From the human T2T-CHM13v2.0 reference genome, Homo sapiens: a stretch of DNA of 64,000 nucleotides. Shown piece after piece: positions 59,370-64,000 of the stretch. Under the pieces are notes generated by a model. That model saw only the letters and a program-made list of their open reading frames with translations, did no database searches and was not told the origin of the DNA. Numbering within the stretch: the first letter of the stretch is position 1; the number at the start of each line of letters is the position of its first letter. Both the position numbers and the translations under genes were made by a program. Location: assembly GCF_009914755.1 (NCBI RefSeq), contig NC_060931.1; one strand, 5' to 3'.

Positions 59370-61100
59370 CAAGTCAATCATAAAGTACACAACTGTTCAA
59401 AATAGAAAGAGTAGTGAACTGTTAAGAAACTAATATGCTGAAATACATAGGAATCTAATTACTGTTAAATAGTGCTGTGGTTTTAAACTGCTTCAGTAAT
59501 ACTCAATGCTCTATTAAGTCAGACGTCTCCCATGTTAAACTGGCATATCATAATATTTAGTTTTACGCTTTTGGCAGAAGTCTTTCAACGAACAATAAGA
59601 ATACAATTTTTTTCTTAGAATCATGTTAATTTGCATATTTTGAAATTTGGATTCTGGAAAGGGTAACACAAATGATTTGATTTTTTCTGAAAATCTTTTC
59701 CTTCTTTATAAAAAGTTTTCTTTTCAAATTAATCCTTAGATATTTATTATAGTGAATAGGAATGTTAACTACCGAATACTAAATTGCTGAGATCAACTTA
59801 AAAACTTTCTGGTTTTGACTCATTGACATTTGTATATCTGTGTACATTTGTTTTAATTGATTTTTAAAATAATATCTTTCCAATTACTAATGACCATAAA
59901 TTATTTTACTGACATTTATTTTGAAAAATACTTCAAAATACTTTGTATTTTAATTTTAAAACAGTTGGATGTTAAAATGCAATATTTTAATCAAGAAGAA
60001 ATATCATGAGAAAACATTAGTAATGAAGAAGGTAAGAGCTATAGAAAGATGAGGCTTCTATTATTTACAAAGCTAATCTTTAATATATGATTATTTTTTT
60101 CTGACATACATAAATACCACCATTATAAAACAGTTTTAAAGTTAGTTTTAATAGATTGCTTTCTTATATTGCTTTTCAAAGAGAATAATGAAAAATAACC
60201 CCTAATAAATATTATTATTATTCAAATCACATTTGGCCACCAGAGCCATTATTTCTTAAATCATTATACTCTGGAAGAATTGACAGAAATACAATTTCTC
60301 AATTTAGGTTATGGAAATTACTTTCAGAAATAGACATTAAAGGATTCCAAAAATTTTAAAAATAGCTATCAAAACAGCAATCAGTGGAGCAAAGCATATT
60401 CTTGTAAAAATCAGCTCATGAATGCCATCTGCTTTGCAATAGGATCCTGGCTTAAACACTAGAACAAAAAGATTTTAATAAGAAGTTTGCCTATTACTAA
60501 AAACTTTCTAAAATTGTTGAACAAGTCTAAGGGGATGAAATAGCTTCAACAATTAATAGCCTATGTACTTTTAAGGCCACAGAGAGGTGATAACATTTTA
60601 ATTGTAGCTAATTTTTTTTTAGCACAAAAAGTAGTGTGTACTATCATTGCCAAAATGTGATATTTCTTAAATATACAAACTAATTTTTTTGATAGAAAAA
60701 TCACTAAGAAAACTCTTATACTTTAAGATACATAAATCTTGAAATAAATTAGGTACCTACTAGCTCTAAACAAATTCTTGGAATTTACATTGCTATGCAA
60801 TAGATAATGTCACTTTTCTCCCCGACTCTGTAGAGAGCATGCTACACTAACCTTCCTGATTGAAGTTATTGATCATCTGGGGTAGGATGTAAATCAGTCT
60901 CATTGTGCAGAAGAAAGAGAAAGGGTGTAAGGAAGGCATTTTGGAGCTCTGGTTTATGGAATTGTCATAAACATGGTACTAGAGATAATCCATAGATACA
61001 CAAAAATACTAGATGGAAATAAATGGAGAAAGTGTAGTGTGGTCCATGTACGAAATGGAAGAAAAGCACAGAGGAAACAGAAGTAAAAATTGTAACACTG

Positions 61101-61810
<710 letters not shown>

Positions 61811-62600
61811 AATAAATTCAAAAATGGCTACCAGGTATAGGAGTCGGCAATTTCCAGAGAAGCAACATTACATACTCCAAAGAATATGAAAGATACAGTT
61901 ACCGGAACTTTTGAGAATTATTTCTACCAACCCATAAAGTAAAGCTCTTTAATGATAGTTGGTGACTTTTTACTGAAGAAACACAGATATTTGCCAAATG
62001 TCCATCTGAGAAAAAGAGAATCCACATTGCTGGATATCCACAATTGTCAGACTTGGTGATGGGAAGGTAATAAACCTTATTCACTTAATCTTTACAAATA
62101 AACCTTTGATCATTCTGATTCTACCCATTTTTAACTCTCTCTTACATAAAATATTCCAAATGAAGAAGAGTTCTACTGATAAATTAATAAAAATCACTGT
62201 CCACATGCCACCTTTCATTAAAATGTACACTTCTTCCTGTGCTTTTGCTAAATCATGATGAAAATACAGTATTACTAAGTCATACCTAGGGAGCAAGCTT
62301 AAACCCAGAAGAAATAAATTCTGACTGTGTTTGTGTCTCTTGGGATTTTTTTTTTCTGTGGAGTAAAGTGAAAGATTTAAGGAAACAGGCGGTAATGTTT
62401 TTCCATTTTTACTCAGAGCTAAACAATTAAATTTGTAAGAGTAAGTAGGCTGCAAGATAAAACTGTCCGGTTACGTAAATGTCAACAAATAAAATTTGAT
62501 ATCAGACTGACAGGGTCTTGAAAAATACCCAAAACAAATAAAATATCATTCCATATTTGGCTGTGAGCAAACAAAAAGTACAATATAGTGCTTGGATATA

Positions 62601-62872
62601 TTTTATGGGTCGAATTTTGTCTCCTCCAAAAAAATGATATATTGGAGTCTTAACCCTTGATATCTCAAAATGTGAACCTATTTGAACATAGGGTCTTTAC
62701 AGAGGTAATCAAGTTAAAATGAGGTCATTAGAGTAGGCCTAAATCAATATGGTAGTATCCTTATAAAAGGGAAATTTGGGAACAGAGGTAGACACATACA
62801 GAAGGAATACATTTCTGTTGTTGAAGCCACCCAGTTTGTGGTACTGTTATGAGAGCGCTAGCAAACTGATAC
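62601..62872 (+). mobile_element. MLT1A/B-like solo LTR with internal deletion
   Basis: agggtctttacagaggtaatcaagttaaaatgaggtcattag...aagccacccagtttgtggtac...gcaaactgataca. Confidence 0.85.
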
Positions 62873-63509
62873 AATGCATGAGCAATAACAACAAAATGAT
62901 CCTAGTGGTAGGAAGTCAAGCATGAAACCTGCCTCTCTGATTCATCCTGTACCTTTACAGTTTATCACCACGTCTGGAAAAGAGTAATGAATAAGGTAAT
63001 GAGTGAAAACAAGCAAGAATTGAATTTTAAAAACGTATAAACCTAATTGATGGAGATTTAAACTGGAATTTTAAGGACAGAAGAGGAAATGCCAAGATTT
63101 AAAAAAATCAAGCATGACACTGAATTAAGAATAAATAATTAGGAAATGTTTAATATGTCTCAGCAGAAACTAATAAAAGGATAAGAACTATGAAATATAG
63201 AGTCAGGGCACGGGTTTAGTAAGGAGCCATCATAAAATCACTAGACTACTCGGGGACTTGTCTTATCTGTAAGGGCTTGCTAGTAGCTAAACACCATTCA
63301 ACCTGTATTCAGTGTTTCAGATGCCTATATAAAAATAAACAAAGTGAAAGTGATACTTTAAATAAGGGACATATTAACTTAGATTATCAACAAGACTTGC
63401 TAAGATTTCATTGTCCAAGTACAGCAATGAAAAGATAAGCAGCCAGAGTCTTTTCAATATAAATCTTTTCCCATTCCTTCTATGATTATAATCTTCCCTT
63501 TAATAAATT

Positions 63510-63990
63510 TATTCAATCAATGTTGAGCACCTACTTCATGCCAGGCACTAGTCAGGCATTTAGGACTATAGTGGCAAGAGAAGCAAAATTCCTGCTCTTG
63601 TAGAGCTTATATTCTACTGGAGAAGAAAGATAATATTCAATTAAATACACAATATAATGTATTTAATAAGTAATATATACAAATTTAGAGGCAGAAATAG
63701 AGATTTATAGTAATAAGCAGACTTCTTTAGAGAACAAATTAAGAAAAGTCTCTCTGTGGAGGTAAAATTTGAGCAGAAATCTGTATGTAGGAGTCAGCAT
63801 ACGTATATCTGGGGAGATAGAGGCACAGACTCGTGCCCTGGGTGGGGGCAAGGTTGGCCCATCCAAAGAACAGCATGGCCTGTGGTCGGAGCAGAGTGAG
63901 GAGGGGAGAAAGTCTGGAGAGTGATCAATGAGGTCATGAAACAAGCAGAGATCACATCACATATAGCCTTGTTAAGAAATTTCTAATATA
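63510..63990. mobile_element. L2a-like fragment
   Basis: ttgagcacctacttcatgccaggcact...cctgctcttgtagagcttatattct... Confidence 0.75.
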
Positions 63991-64000
63991 TTTTGAATTT

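Overview
Primate (almost certainly human) genomic DNA, AT-rich and repeat-dense, lying entirely inside the large presynaptic scaffold gene PCLO (piccolo), transcribed on the minus strand. Three coding exons can be delimited exactly by GT-AG boundaries and joined in frame: 34098-31911 (2188 bp, coiled-coil and Ser/Gln-rich region), 26238-26102 (137 bp) and 19970-19880 (91 bp, entering the PDZ domain). From memory these are exons 7-9 of the long isoform; the numbering is unverified. The rest is intron, filled with L1 (young L1PA, old L1M), Alu, MaLR/ERV solo LTRs, hAT DNA transposon relics, L2/MIR and simple repeats. Nearly all other ORFs in the track are repeat-derived or chance. I find no convincing new biological system. 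The best leads are: (1) a read-through/intronic-polyadenylation form of the large exon giving a Cys-rich hydrophobic C-terminus, with RBFOX motifs beside a weak donor; (2) two neighbouring L1s of apparently different ages sharing private substitutions (possible gene conversion); (3) a candidate spliced antisense lncRNA at about 55.2-56.4 kb. Repeat subfamily names come from recalled consensus sequences and need RepeatMasker/Dfam confirmation.
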